A stretch of 64,000 bases of DNA from Octopus vulgaris. Taxonomy: Eukaryota. The notes below the pieces were generated by a model that was not told where the DNA came from, did not search any database, and worked only from the letters and a program-made list of their open reading frames with translations. Positions 27,730 through 40,284 of the stretch are shown here, one piece after another (positions within the stretch are counted from its first letter, which is position 1; every line of letters begins with the position of its first letter). The position numbers and the translations under genes are program-made. Where the stretch lies: contig OX597820.1 of the NCBI GenBank assembly GCA_951406725.2, positions 71,362,001 through 71,426,000 of the forward strand. Reading direction: 5' to 3'.

Positions 27730-28769
27730 CTTGAAAACAACAATAGCAGTGTTTGTTCTGTGTGACATCTTATTTTCTAATTAATAAACTACAAGAATTT
27801 AGAATCTTGAAAGAATATACCAAAGTCAAAAGGTCTCATATTTACTTGCGATATATAAAGGAAGCAGCTGAATGAGAAGCACTTCAGCATCATCTAGGAA
27901 ATGTTTTTTCTGAGAAAGTAGAAAAGGAGTAACTAGAAATACAATACTGAAGCTCAACACAAATGGAAAGCACCTGTAAGATGAGGTGGAACCGTCAACC
28001 TAATGTCAGAAATATTAGCCTTACAAGAGTAGTTAACAACCACAGCAGTTACAAAATGAAAACTATAACCTGATCAGAGGTGTTGCTGCAAATAGTTGAT
28101 TAGTTGTACACACATTTTGTGCTGAAAGTTATTTTTGTGAAAGAATAGCAGCTAGGATAAGGATAGTGTAAAGGAAGTTCAAAGAACTTTTATTTTTGTT
28201 GAGGACAAATAATTTCTCTCATTGAGCAAAAAAGAGATTTTATGAGACATATCTAAGAAGTATCACATTTTATATCATCGAAATATGTGTAATAAAAGAA
28301 CAAAGTCTCCAGTATTTGGAATGGAGTATGATTTGTTAAAGAACCATTAATTTGCTGGAAAGGTTGATGTAAGGGATATAAAAAATATGGGAAATGTGTG
28401 CTAGGCACTGGGAAATGTGTATAGGAGAGTAGTTCACACTAGTATCTCTATGTAAATATGTTATAATTAAAAAGAAAAGTATTTTGAGTTCATAGATTTA
28501 GATGAAGCAAGACTTGCAAGATCGTATTAGATTAGAAGCTTGTGGCCTTAAAATTGCTTCAAAATTGAGATCAATAGAAATATGTTTATTGTACAGTTTC
28601 ATGCTCATATAGACATGGAAAAGAAATGAAAAATTAGTATAACAATGACAATATTGAAAAATGTATTGTGTCTTCACATGATGAGTAAAGTTTAGAAGAA
28701 ATCTTGAATGGAGGTGATTGTATCAATTTGCTCATAAAGATTTTCTCTAATTGTCAGCAAAATATTTTA

Positions 28770-30041
28770 TGAGGTGGTATCAAAAAGTTCCTGGACTACT
28801 TCTGTAAAGCACCATCAGATGGTAGTACACGGTTGCATGTGCAGTGAGAACTAGTAGTGACCTTTGTGAGGCAGTGTGCCACGGGACATTGCTGTGTTTA
28901 CTTTGCAAGTTGTAAAATCTGTGTTTCGTGATCACATGTATGCTGTAGTCTGTGATTTTGTTGTAACAAAGGGCCAATGTGACATTTTGCATTAAACTTG
29001 GGAAGCCTGCTACAAAGACATTGAGCATGCTTCAGTAAGTTTATAGCGATGTGACAATGGGCTGTACACAATGTTTTCAGTGACATGGGTGCTTCAAAAG
29101 TGGGAAAACATCTCTGGAAGACAATGAATGACCTGGAAGACTTGCCACAAGCCTCACCCCAAGAAATGTGGAGAAAATTCATCAGCTTGTGCTTGAGGAT
29201 CGTTGAATGACAATCAATGACATTGCTGATGTTGGTCTGTTGTATGGGTCCATGCAAGCAATCCTAACATCTGAATTGAACATGCAGCATGTCTCTGCCA
29301 AGTTTGTCCCCTGCCTACTGAGCTCTGTGTGGAAAGAACATTGCATTGAAGTCTGTCAAGATCTCCATTAGAGTGCTGCTGGTGATGCATCCTTCATGTT
29401 GAGGATCATCACTGGTGATGAGAGTTGGATCTACAGGTATGACCCTGAGACAAAGCAGTAGTCATCACAATGGGAGAGCTCTTCATCTTCATGACTGAAG
29501 AAGGCACAACAGAGCTGCAACTCAATCGAGAGCATGCTGATCGTTTTTCCGACACCCACAGTATTATGCATTGAGAATTCATCCCCTAAGGCCAGACTGA
29601 CAATCAAGAGTTCTACTGTGATGTTTTGAAGCATTTGAGGAAGGACATTCGTTGAAAGTGACCAGATCTATGAAGCATGAAAATTCTTCATGCACCCTGT
29701 CATCAAGCTCTCCTGCCAAAAAACAACATGGTATTACTTCCACACCCACCCTCTTTGCCAGATTTAGCACCTGCGGACTTTCATCTCTTCCCCAAGGTGA
29801 AAATGCAGCTCAAAGACTGCCATTTTAATGATGTTTTCAAGATCAAGAGCAAATCACAGAAGGTCTTTGACTCACTTATGGAAAACAATTTTCAGGCTGG
29901 ATTCCCAAACTGGCAGGAACACTGGGACCGGTGTATTGGTGTGCAAGGTGACTATTTTAAATGAGATGATGTTAAAACTTTGGTAAATAAGTTATTTTTT
30001 ATTAAACATAACTAGTCCAGGAACTTTTTGATATCACCTTG
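28770..30041 (+). mobile_element. Near full-length mariner transposon (1272 bp), transposase pseudogenised
   Basis: ~31-bp TIRs (tgaggtggtatcaaaaagttcctggactactt and aactagtccaggaactttttgatatcaccttg) with TA on both sides. Motifs IITGDESWI and PHPPSLPDLAPADFHLFPK. Stops and frameshifts present. Confidence 0.95.
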
Positions 30042-31036
30042 TAAGGAGTGTGAGTTATGACAAAACCTAACTCAGATCTTTGTAACTTTCAAGCCCCAAT
30101 CTGATCAATGCAATTTTAATATCCATGGAAGTTCTGAATTCTCTCCAAATATCTTCTCTTTAAGGATCTTTCAATATAATAATCTTATTAATGGCTTATT
30201 ACTTTTTCATATCCTTCATATTCAGTACTCTGTCTACCTCTAATGTCAGATCAGTATGTATGTCCGCTTAGTACTCAACTTCACATCTAATATGACATGC
30301 TGTCTTCCAACTTGAAGACTATTTCCCTGAAATACTTCTTTGCCACCTAACTCTTCAGTCTGTATTAAATATAACAACTTCACCTATGCCCCGCTCTTGT
30401 AAGAACCTAGACAAACTGTAAACATTGACTCTTCTTTTGTGAAAAGATGGTGTAAATCTCCATCAGTATCAAATGAATTTATAAGGTTATAACTTTATAA
30501 TATATTGGAAATTAGAACTACAAAAACAGACAAGATTGGACATGGCTATTGTTAAAAATACAGCAACTCTAAACATCATTATGATTCAGTAAATGCGATA
30601 TTAATGTACTACTTAATGATATTATGAAGTGCTTCTGGTATTGATATATTACACCTTATGTTTACAATTATGTGAATTAATTTCACCTTTGGCTTTGTTC
30701 TTCAATCTGTCTGATGTTATAATTTTAAGCATCTTGTGTATCTCTACAATGTCTGCCTAATGTTTGTTGGATACATGTGTATGTAAAAAAAAAATAAAAA
30801 CAAAAAACTTCAGCTTATCACTTGAAACAGAATGTTTTGTTAGGACAGTTGAAACAGTCAGATAGATAGGAATTACACTTTTTGTATTGTTATATAGTTA
30901 TGAGAAAATATTTTATCTGTATATTTAACTAAACTGTTTCTTTTGCATAGGAGATAGTTATAGGTATCTCTCCAAATACGAATTGGTAGAATTTTGGAAA
31001 ATGTCAAATTTTTAAGCTTTTCGGTAGTAACATGAT

Positions 31037-31424
31037 AGGCATCATGATTGTGTGGTTTAGAAGCTCACTTTGTAACCACATGGTTTCTGGTTCAGTCTCA
31101 GTGTGCAGTACTTTGGGCAAGCATCCTCTACTCTAGCCCTGAGCTACTAAATGCTTTCTGAGTAAATCTGGTAGACAAACTGTAGAAGCCTGTCGCATGT
31201 GTGTATGTGTGTCTTTGTGTCTGTGTTTGTCCCCCCACCACCATTTGACAACCTGTGTTGGTTTGTTTACATCCCTGTAACTTAGTGGTTCAGTTGGAGA
31301 AATTAAAGGAATAAGTACTATACTTAAAAAATAAGTACTAGAATCAGTTTGTTTGACTAAATCCTTCAAAGTGGTGCCCTGGCAATGGCTGCAGTCCCGT
31401 GACTAAAACAAGGGAAAGATAAGA
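31037..31424 (+). mobile_element. SINE family A (tRNA-derived), older full copy
   Basis: Decayed A/B boxes, cttgggcaag-like core and internal (GT)n. Homologous to the other family A copies. Confidence 0.8.
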
Positions 31425-32269
31425 TATTAGATAATTATGATTGTGAAAAGCAGAGGATGCAGATTTCTGATTTGTTATATTTAATTTTACCCCATATACT
31501 CTTTAAATTTCATTATTCATAACATTCAGTTCAGTATGTAAATATACAGTGAATTCTTTTCAGTCTTCTGATAATTGGTAAAATATTTTAAGAATAATAT
31601 TAATTTTTCTGGCATATATTGTTTTCTTAATTATTCAATTATTTCCCATGTTATTTGCAGCCTTTATGAGTTTTACTAATTTCTTTTTAAAAATTTTATG
31701 TCACATTTGTAACTAAGTTTATTAATGTTATAGCATTTGTTACTTTTTGTTTTGCTGTTGTTCAGTGTCATCAACTAACTAGACTAAAATAAATCTTTGG
31801 CATTGATATATGTAATTGAATGCTTAGAAGTAACTTTATACTAAGAAGCTACTGTTGTTGGCACAGCATGTTGCATTTATTACCTATTCTGAAAATGAAA
31901 TAAAGCTCTCTTATTACCAATGTGGTGGCCACTTAGAATTAACAAGTGCACAGCTGTCTTGATTGTACAGGATTTATTAGAGGTGGTTTGTTACATAACA
32001 CAGCATCTGGGTGTAATAAAATAATTGATGTTGCAGCTGTTTTTGTATGTATAATATGTTTGGTGTTTTAATAAGGTAAAAGAGATGATGAGTTTAAGAT
32101 TGTATTGTTGTAATCTTCTAGTATTATAAAGCGGTTAAAGTATCACACTACATCCTCCTAATTTTAGAATCCAAATATACTACAAATGATTTGATTGATG
32201 CATGTAATTGTACATACTTTATTCCACCTAATTTTCAAGAATAAATGTTAGGCATTCTCCGATTATGCC

Positions 32270-33975
32270 TAGCATCCTGTCTGGGAAAGGTAAATGTATC
32301 TGTCACATAAGATAATTTTATGCATTTCTTATGAATTAGTACTGGGCAGTAATAAAAACCACAGCCATCTCCAAACTGCTTGCATTGACTCGAATAAAGC
32401 AGAGTGGAACTCTTACTGCACTGAGCTAAAACACCCAAACTGGCTGGAATTTTACGACTCTGGAGATGTGAACACTATACTACAGAATATCTTGATCTCA
32501 ATATGGACTGCATGGGCAGCATCAGTACCATATAAGCACAAAAAACATTCCAAAAGAGTAATTTGGAAGACTGCAGCAGTCAGACTTTCAAAGAAAGAAC
32601 GTTGTAATGCTGAACAGGAATACAAACTGCATAAATCAGATATAAATATGAAAAAATGCAATAAATCATCCAACCATCTCAAGCAGGAGACAAAAAGGGC
32701 AGTGCTTGAAATTGAGCAGTGCATTGCAACCAAGGTGTTCTAGAAATATGTATGTTCAAAGCAGACACCCCACTCTCCAGTTGGTCCTCATACAAGCTAG
32801 ATTACTGACAATCCCAAAGAATGCACAGACCTTATTACTGAATGCTATGCAGGCATTTTTACTGTTGCAAACTAAAACATACCATCTCCACCAACTCTGA
32901 CACCAAATTCTCTAACAACTATGGAATTTACACCTGCAATATTGTGATGTCACCTTAAGAATAAGCACAACTATGCCTCTCCTGGTCTTGATGGTGTTAT
33001 GTACCTGCATCCCAAACGTGGTGAATACTTTCTTCTGCATCAACTTTCTCTCTTCTTTCAGTTCTCTCTTAACAACAGTGCTACTCCGGAACAGTGGGAA
33101 ACTGCCAGTGTCATTCTTCTGTTCAAAAAGGGTGACCACATGTCACCAGTCAAATATTGTCCAATCAGTCTTACTAGCTGCATTGCCAAACTGATGGAAT
33201 TCTGTATCAGAGAAACACTCTAGAACTTCTGGAATTCTCACAGCCTTATCTGGCCCTCACAATTTGGATTTATCCCTAACTCCAGCTGCTGTGATCAACT
33301 TTAACAAATTTCTTGAAGACATCACCTGGGTCATTTATGGTTGCTCATGAATGGATGTTGTTTACCTTGACTTTGCTAAAACTTTTAATTCTGTGTCACA
33401 CAAAGGCCAAGGGTGTCTTTGTCAGCCACTCTCCAGCTATCTATTTAAGATTGTATATGGCTATGGTGCGGCCACACTTGGAATTTGCATCACCAGTCTG
33501 GAATCCCTATCTTGCTAAGGACATTGACCTCCTGGAAATTGTTCAAAGATGTGCAACCAAGCAAATACCCTCCATCAAGCATCTACCATACTCTGAACAT
33601 CTTGCTTCCCTGGGCATAGATACATTGAAACTCCGATGTCTGGCAACTGACTTGGTAAACACCCACAAAATTATTAACTATCGTACCAACAACAAACTTG
33701 AGCACATTTTTGAGCTCCATGTGTCTAACACATGTGGGTGTGCCTACAAAGTCAGAAAACAGCACAGCTCCCATGACTTTTGGAAACATTTTTTCACACT
33801 CGGAGTTGCTGAAGCATGGAACAGACTACCTGCATCAGTTGTTAGTTGCTGAGACATTGCATCCTTTAAAACCTCCATGCTTCCTGAAATTCGCTGACAC
33901 TACAGATGACATCCTTGCTTCCATATGCATGCACACATGTTTATCATAACTTGTATACTGTTCACTCATATACTG
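32270..33975 (+). mobile_element. CR1/L2-group LINE, 5'-truncated and internally deleted
   Basis: WETASVILLFKKGD...YCPISLTSCIAKLME, QFGF, VVYLDFAKTFNSVSH, then LYMAMVRPHLEFASPVWNPY...VQRCATK...AWNRLP. Confidence 0.9.
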
Positions 33976-35461
33976 TTAAATGACGATGACTATTATTATT
34001 ATTATTATTTCCTTAATTACCTGAAGGTCATGTCAGCGGGTGTTCCCAATATGTTTGACTTCCTTTGTTTTAGCTTTTACCAGAATTCTGTGTGCTGTGT
34101 AAAGAATTTGTTGGATGGAATATGTTGGAATATATAGTACAATAATACATTAGTTTTCTCTCTTGTGGTAAAGGAGTCATGGTTTTTATAATCTTGGGCT
34201 TTTGGTAATAAATATTAGATTCATTTACTACCATTGATTATTTCCACAGGCCTAAAATTTTAGTTTGTGAATTTATTACTAAAGTTGTTCTATGTTTATG
34301 GAGCTGTTAGAAAATGTGACTACACTGTTATGACCAAATGATGTTATGTGCACAATGTAAAAGCTTTACATTGTAAGAGCTTTACAAGTATAGATCAAAG
34401 AGGATAGAGAGAGTTAAGAACCTTGTTTCTTTTGATTTAAGAACTCATAGATCATATAAAGAATTGTATCAAATTATATAGTAGTGTATTTTAGATGGAG
34501 AATGGATAATGAATGAGTAATGGAACTTTGAATAATGTTGCAAGTCTTATTGAAGGCAAATTATATATTTTGTAAGAATTTACTAGTGAAGTTGCTGACT
34601 GGTGCCAGTTGTTGGGTGCTTGAAGAGGGATCTATGCATTGATGAAATCCAACATAAGACTTTCAAGAAATTTTGGCAAGTAATGTTTGTCAGCTGTTTT
34701 CAGTACAATTTTTATTTGATTTAAAAATTGCTACTATTTCCCCTTGTGTTTCATAATTTAGGGATTTTGCTGGCATCTTTGGCAGTATTTTATATGTCTA
34801 CTATTACTGTGTTGTGTTAGGGGGTTGTAGCCATCATTCATTGTTGTTAATACTTACTTCATCAGAATTGTTATTTTTAGTTTCTTTTTTATAATCTTAT
34901 TTTCATTGTGGGTTAACAGTGTTATTTTATAACTTAAGCTTATGGATTCCACTGAAAAGTATTAAAATTGTTTGTTGGCAACTATATTGAGTGATAACAT
35001 AGGATCTCACTCTTATTTTGTATATTCCTTGAATCTTTATAATATGATGTAATCTATATATCTTATTACATTTGTCTTTCAATCAAATAAAAAATTTTCC
35101 CTCTTTATTTCCTATTATGATCCTTAGATATTTAGATATTGTAAATCAAATACATAGGTTACCATTGTTTACTTATTTAATTCTTTTTTTTATCATGAAT
35201 ACTAACAACCCCTCTCAAAAAGAAATTTGATATAAAAGTAAATATTTTAAGAATATAATTGAAAACAGTTCACAATATTATGTTAATCAATGATATTCAA
35301 ACCAAAATGAATTGGCTTGAGGCTAAAATAAGAGACACTTGTGTAAGCTGTTACCAGTAGGACTAAATCCAAAACCTTGTGGTAGGGAACAAACTTCTTA
35401 TCCATACAGCCATGCCTGCATACATACAAATATACATACAAATATACATACATGCATGTAC

Positions 35462-35542
<81 letters not shown>
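35462..35542. repeat. (ATCT)n tetranucleotide microsatellite
   Basis: Seen directly. Confidence 0.97.
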
Positions 35543-35559
35543 CATATGTATATATATAT

Positions 35560-35746
35560 CATGAGGCACCTACCTGCTAGAAAGTGGAGTTAAAACCCCA
35601 GATAAGCTACCAATAACATGATGAGTTGAATTTTTTCACTTGGTAAAACTTGCCTGACTACTGCTGTTTTCTGTTGTATTTTTCAGTGTTATTGGTGGTT
35701 TAGCTTGGGGTTTTAACTTCACTTTCTAGCAGGTAGATGCCTCGTG
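35560..35746. mobile_element. Hairpin MITE-like element with ~58-bp inverted arms
   Basis: gaggcacctacctgctagaaagtggagttaaaacccca...caataaca versus tgttattgg...tggggttttaacttcactttctagcaggtagatgcctc. Confidence 0.75.
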
Positions 35747-35929
35747 TGCCCCTATGATAAATATAAATTTTAATTCTATAGCTATCTAATGCTATTTAAC
35801 ACCTGCAACCACCTATATTATTTTTGTTGTTATTGTCAATTATCTATATTTACGGCAGACAATAATAACAATAATAATATCTATATAAATGTTTGCATTT
35901 GAATATCTACTCTTTATATAAATTAATGT

Positions 35930-36206
35930 CCGTTGCCAGCCTAGCCTGGCCCCCGTGCCGGTGGCACGTAAAAGCACCATCCGTTCGTGGCCGTTTGCCA
36001 TCTCTGTCTGGTACTTGTGCGGGTGGCACGTAAAAAGCACCCACTACACTCACGGAGTGGTTGGCGTTAGGAAGGGCATCCAGCCGTAGAAACACTGCCA
36101 GATCTGACTGGGCCTGATGAAGCCTTCTGGCTTCACAGACCCCAGTTGAACCGTCCAACCCATGCTAGCATGGAAAACGGACGCTAAATGATGATGATGA
36201 TGATGA
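35930..36206 (+). mobile_element. Young RTE-tail retroposon copy (CpGs retained), (ATG)n tail
   Basis: Same family as 4475-4905. Contains two ggtggcacgtaaaagcacc units. Confidence 0.85.
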
Positions 36207-36589
36207 TATATTAATAGAAGTCACAAAAGTGACAGAGGGTACTGACTAGCACCACTTTTACTAAAGATAAGAGTTAAACTAATTCAAAGCTACAAATACA
36301 TTGTCTTAAGTGACTGACAAAGGGAGGTAAGTCCCCAGCATACATAACTGGATCATAAGTTTGGATTTTGATAATGTCAGTCTTATAAAGAAAACCGTTG
36401 AAAGCTTGTGCTGATTTCCAAAACAATAAAAGTCTAAACAACAAATAAAAAAGGGTGGCTTATTCGCAATTAGAACCTAAAGGCAAAATTAATAGAGGTC
36501 ACAAAAGTGACAGAGGGTACTGCCTAGCAAGTTAGTTTAACTTTTATTCTTTAGCTAAACCTGGCACAAAGCCACCTCCCTCAGTTGAG

Positions 36590-36822
36590 GGGTCTTGTCT
36601 TAAGTTATTTGATAATCTCACAGCTGCTGGTGCCATGTAAAAGGCACCCTGTACACTCTGTAAAGTGGTTTGCATTAGGAAGGGCTTCCAGCCATTGAAA
36701 CCATGCCAAAGCAGACAGTAGAGCTTGAAGTAGTCTTCTGACTTGCCAGCACCTATCAAATGGTCAAACCCATGCCAGTATGAAAAACAGACATTAAATG
36801 ATAATAATGATGATGATGATGA
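36590..36822 (+). mobile_element. RTE 3'-tail copy
   Basis: cactctgtaaagtggtt...cattaggaagggc...aacccatgccag followed by (ATG)n. Confidence 0.75.
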
Positions 36823-36880
36823 TTGTGTGTGTGTGTGTGTGTGTGTGGATGTAGAGAGAGAGTAGGGAAGACAGACTATA

Positions 36881-37092
36881 TTCTTTTATTCTTCTACTTG
36901 TTTCTAACATTTGACTGCAACCATGCTGGAGTACCACCTTAAAGGGTTTTAGTCAACGAAATTGACCCCCGGACTTATTCTTTGCAAACCTAGTACTTGT
37001 TCTATTGGTCTCTTTTGCTGAACCACTAAGGTATGGGGATATAAGCATTCCAGCATCAGTTGTCAAAGAATGGTGGAGGGACAAACAGACAC

Positions 37093-37129
<37 letters not shown>

Positions 37130-37505
37130 ATGGGCTTCTTCTAGTTTCTGTCAATCAAATCTGCTCACAAGACTTTGGTCAGTCTGAGGCTATAGTAGAA
37201 GACATTTGCCCAAGGTGCCAAGCAGTGGGACTGAACCTGGAACCATATGGTTGGGAAGCAAGCTTCTTACTACACAGCCTGGTACTTATTCTATTGGTCT
37301 CTTTGCTGAACTGTTAAGTTGCAGGGAAATAAACACACCAATACCAGTGTCAAGTGTTGATAGAGGACAAACATAGGCACAAAGACACACTCACATATAT
37401 GACAGGCATCTTTCAGTTTCCATCTACTAAATCCACTCACAAGGTTTTGGTTGGCCTGAGACTGAATCTGAACCATGAGGTCAGGAAGCAAACTTCTAAC
37501 CATGC
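36881..37505 (-). mobile_element. Two adjacent SINE family A copies (one full, one partial)
   Basis: B-box GGTTCAGTCCC on the minus strand (gggactgaacc at about 37227), internal (AT)n. The second copy restarts at about 37280. Confidence 0.82.
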
Positions 37506-37539
<34 letters not shown>

Positions 37540-37540
<1 letters not shown>

Positions 37541-37955
37541 CTCGTACCAGCCCCACTCTTACCATCTCCTGTTTCCCTTCACCTACTCCTTCCCTCCTTC
37601 AAACGAGCCCATAACCTGCATGACCCCCTGGTCCACAGTTTCTTTCCTACTCACCTCCTAGCCTGGCTCCTTCCCCTACTCCCATTACCTACCACAATCT
37701 ACCAAGTAGTACCCACAAAGCTAGATTGGGTTTTATACTAGCTAGAAAGGATAAACATCCTTCTGTGAGTCATCCAATAATGCAGTATCACCTGATGAAA
37801 TGAACCAATAATGATGATTAACCAGATGCCCATGGATAACTATGGATTACACTGTAATCATCCCAAGGATACGGACTCTGATATTAAAGTCATGTGATTT
37901 GTGGAAATGCATGTAGCAATGTATTAAATATTTATAAATTCCATCCTAGAATTAT
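37540..37955 (+). mobile_element. Penelope-like element relic
   Basis: FKRAHNLHDPLVHS resembles the Y/F-R-R-x-x-N-L-R-D-x-L-V motif that precedes the GIY-YIG domain of PLEs. An isolated CTGATGA lies downstream at 37792. Confidence 0.4.
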
Positions 37956-37963
37956 TAGTTATT

Positions 37964-38031
<68 letters not shown>

Positions 38032-39212
38032 GACACACACATATGTATGTATGTATGTATATATATATATGTATGTAAAATGCTCATGTGTTTGTTAATG
38101 TCTGTATTCTGTGGTGTCTTCCCTTGGAACTACTTGAGTAAAAGTGGTGACATTGTATCAACATTTTGTTGTTGACAAATTACCTTGTACTGAAGCACTT
38201 TCCAAGACAGATGGAATACAAATCCCTTACTTGTAAATGAAACAAAGTTTAAAGACAGAAAGTGTACACAGCTGTAAAATGAATGCTCAAATTATATAAT
38301 ATTGATATGGTTTCATGTAGCAGTAATGTTTATTTATGTTTCTTGTGTACAATATATTCTGGAGCTTGCCAGTCTCACTGTTTGAAGATCAGGGAAATAA
38401 AAAATAATTTTCTTGAAAAACAAAGGTTGGCAATAGGAAGGCATCTGGCTGTAGAGTATTGCCATAATATGTTTTATTCAACCCGTGCCAATGTGGTAAA
38501 AAGGTGGATGTAAAACAATAATGATACATATGTACATACACATATATAGCTTTTCCTCAGTTTAGATTGTAGATTGATTCCATGAGTCACCATGCAAATC
38601 AAAATAATTTCAATAAAGGGAACACAAACTAAATATAAACAATTATTCATTGAAATGGGAATAAGGAACATGATTATCACACACACCAATACATACACAT
38701 GTATAAGTATGAGTATATTGTATTATTCTACCAAAAAAGATTTTAAAAAAAGCCTTTTCTTTTCTTTCCAAAATGTTATTACGTTTGTATGATGTGCATT
38801 TTATAGCTATTGAAAGTCCAGCAGTTATACTCACTTCAAATTTTTTCTTTGTTTCTTTTAAATGTTCCAACAATTGCTTCATTCACATTAAACTATTTTG
38901 CAGTTTCTGTTGAATTTTTTCCATTTTGAGGTTGATTTCATATCATCACATTTGAAATTCTATTATTCAATCTCAAAATATTTTTTTAAAATATATCAAA
39001 ATAATTCTAACATAATTGTTAGTTTAGAAGGCAGTCTATCTTGTTTTCAAGTTAGTGAATTGAATATGAATTAAAAAGAAAATGAAAAACCATAACAGAA
39101 CAACTGAGTGGTGTTTTCTGTATACATAAATTGAAAGAAAAATTTCAACCGAGACCAAAACCATGCTAAAGTGAAGCCATGGAAACTGACTACATTGCAA
39201 ACCAAGGGAAAA

Positions 39213-39265
<53 letters not shown>

Positions 39266-39271
39266 ACTCAG

Positions 39272-39307
39272 ACTTGTCTGCTAAATATATATATTTAGCA
39301 GACAAGT
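39272..39307. repeat. Perfect 36-bp spacerless palindrome
   Basis: acttgtctgctaaatata|tatatttagcagacaagt. Confidence 0.95.
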
Positions 39308-39363
39308 TTCAGTTTTTTGCCCAGTATCTCACTGTAGCCTACACACCATATGATTTTATATAT

Positions 39364-40280
39364 ACACAGGGAAGTCAAAAATTATCCACAGTTTTACCAG
39401 TTTCTATAGGTTGGCTCCACTCCTTTCAACACCTGTGTGCTAAAAGATGGTACTTTTGTGTTACATATCCAAGTTTGAGTTTCATTGCTCCATTTATTTT
39501 TTCTGGTGTTACTGAGTAAACAGGGTCGTTCCATTGGCAACATGCACCAAGGAAGAACAGAGATCAGTGATCTGATTTCTCTGAAGATTTGTAGGGTATG
39601 AAATTTATTGCAGGCTTTCAGTACAATATGGAAGCAATGTTCCACCATATAGAAGTGTGTATGAGTGGACTGAGAAGTTTAAAAATGGCTGGACAAATAT
39701 GAAGCATGAAGAGGGAGCAGGTCGACTATCAACTTCCACCATTGATGTGAAGATTTAACAAGCTCGAGAGATGGTTGTAGCAAACCAGTGAGTGATCATC
39801 GATAATAGATGCATCTTCTCTGCAAATTAGTTATAGCTCTGCATATAAAATTACCCATGACAAGCTTTGCTTCCACAAAGTCTGTGTGAGATGAGTGCCA
39901 AGAGAGCTTACCAATGTGAGATCTGTTATGGCTTACTTGACTGCTACAGCAATGAAGGCAAAGTTTTATTGCAGAGAAAAGTCACAGGGAATGAGACTAG
40001 GGTCTGTCACATTGAGCTTGAATCCACAAGGCAGAGTATGGAGTGGAAACACCCGGAATTGCAAACAAAAATGAAATTAAGACTCAGCCTTCCACAGAAA
40101 CAATGATTCTAACCATTTTTGGTGATGTAAAAGGGCCTATACAGAAACATTAGCTGGTAAAGGGGTCTACAGTCACTAGTGTAGGCTACAGTGAGATACT
40201 GGGCAAAAAACTGAAACCAGCAATTCATACCAAATGCCAAGATCTATTGTCAAAGCAAGTGTTATTGTTGCTAAAATGGA
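39364..40280 (+). mobile_element. Second mariner family, 3'-truncated transposase pseudogene
   Basis: VTGNETRVCHIELESTRQSMEWKH (decayed TGDE motif), HTH-region remnants and a TIR-like left end cagggaagtcaaaaattatcc. Confidence 0.8.
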
Positions 40281-40284
40281 ACAA

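Noticed and set aside
30951-30963. Possible 13-nt micro-exon (ttttgcatag|gagatagttatag|gtatct)
   Set aside because: The flanking SPO11 exons already join without a gap in homology. It would break frame and the donor is weak.
36114-36140. CTGATGA followed by an AGCC/GGCT hairpin
   Set aside because: No GAAA after the hairpin, and other copies of the same repeat lack the motif.
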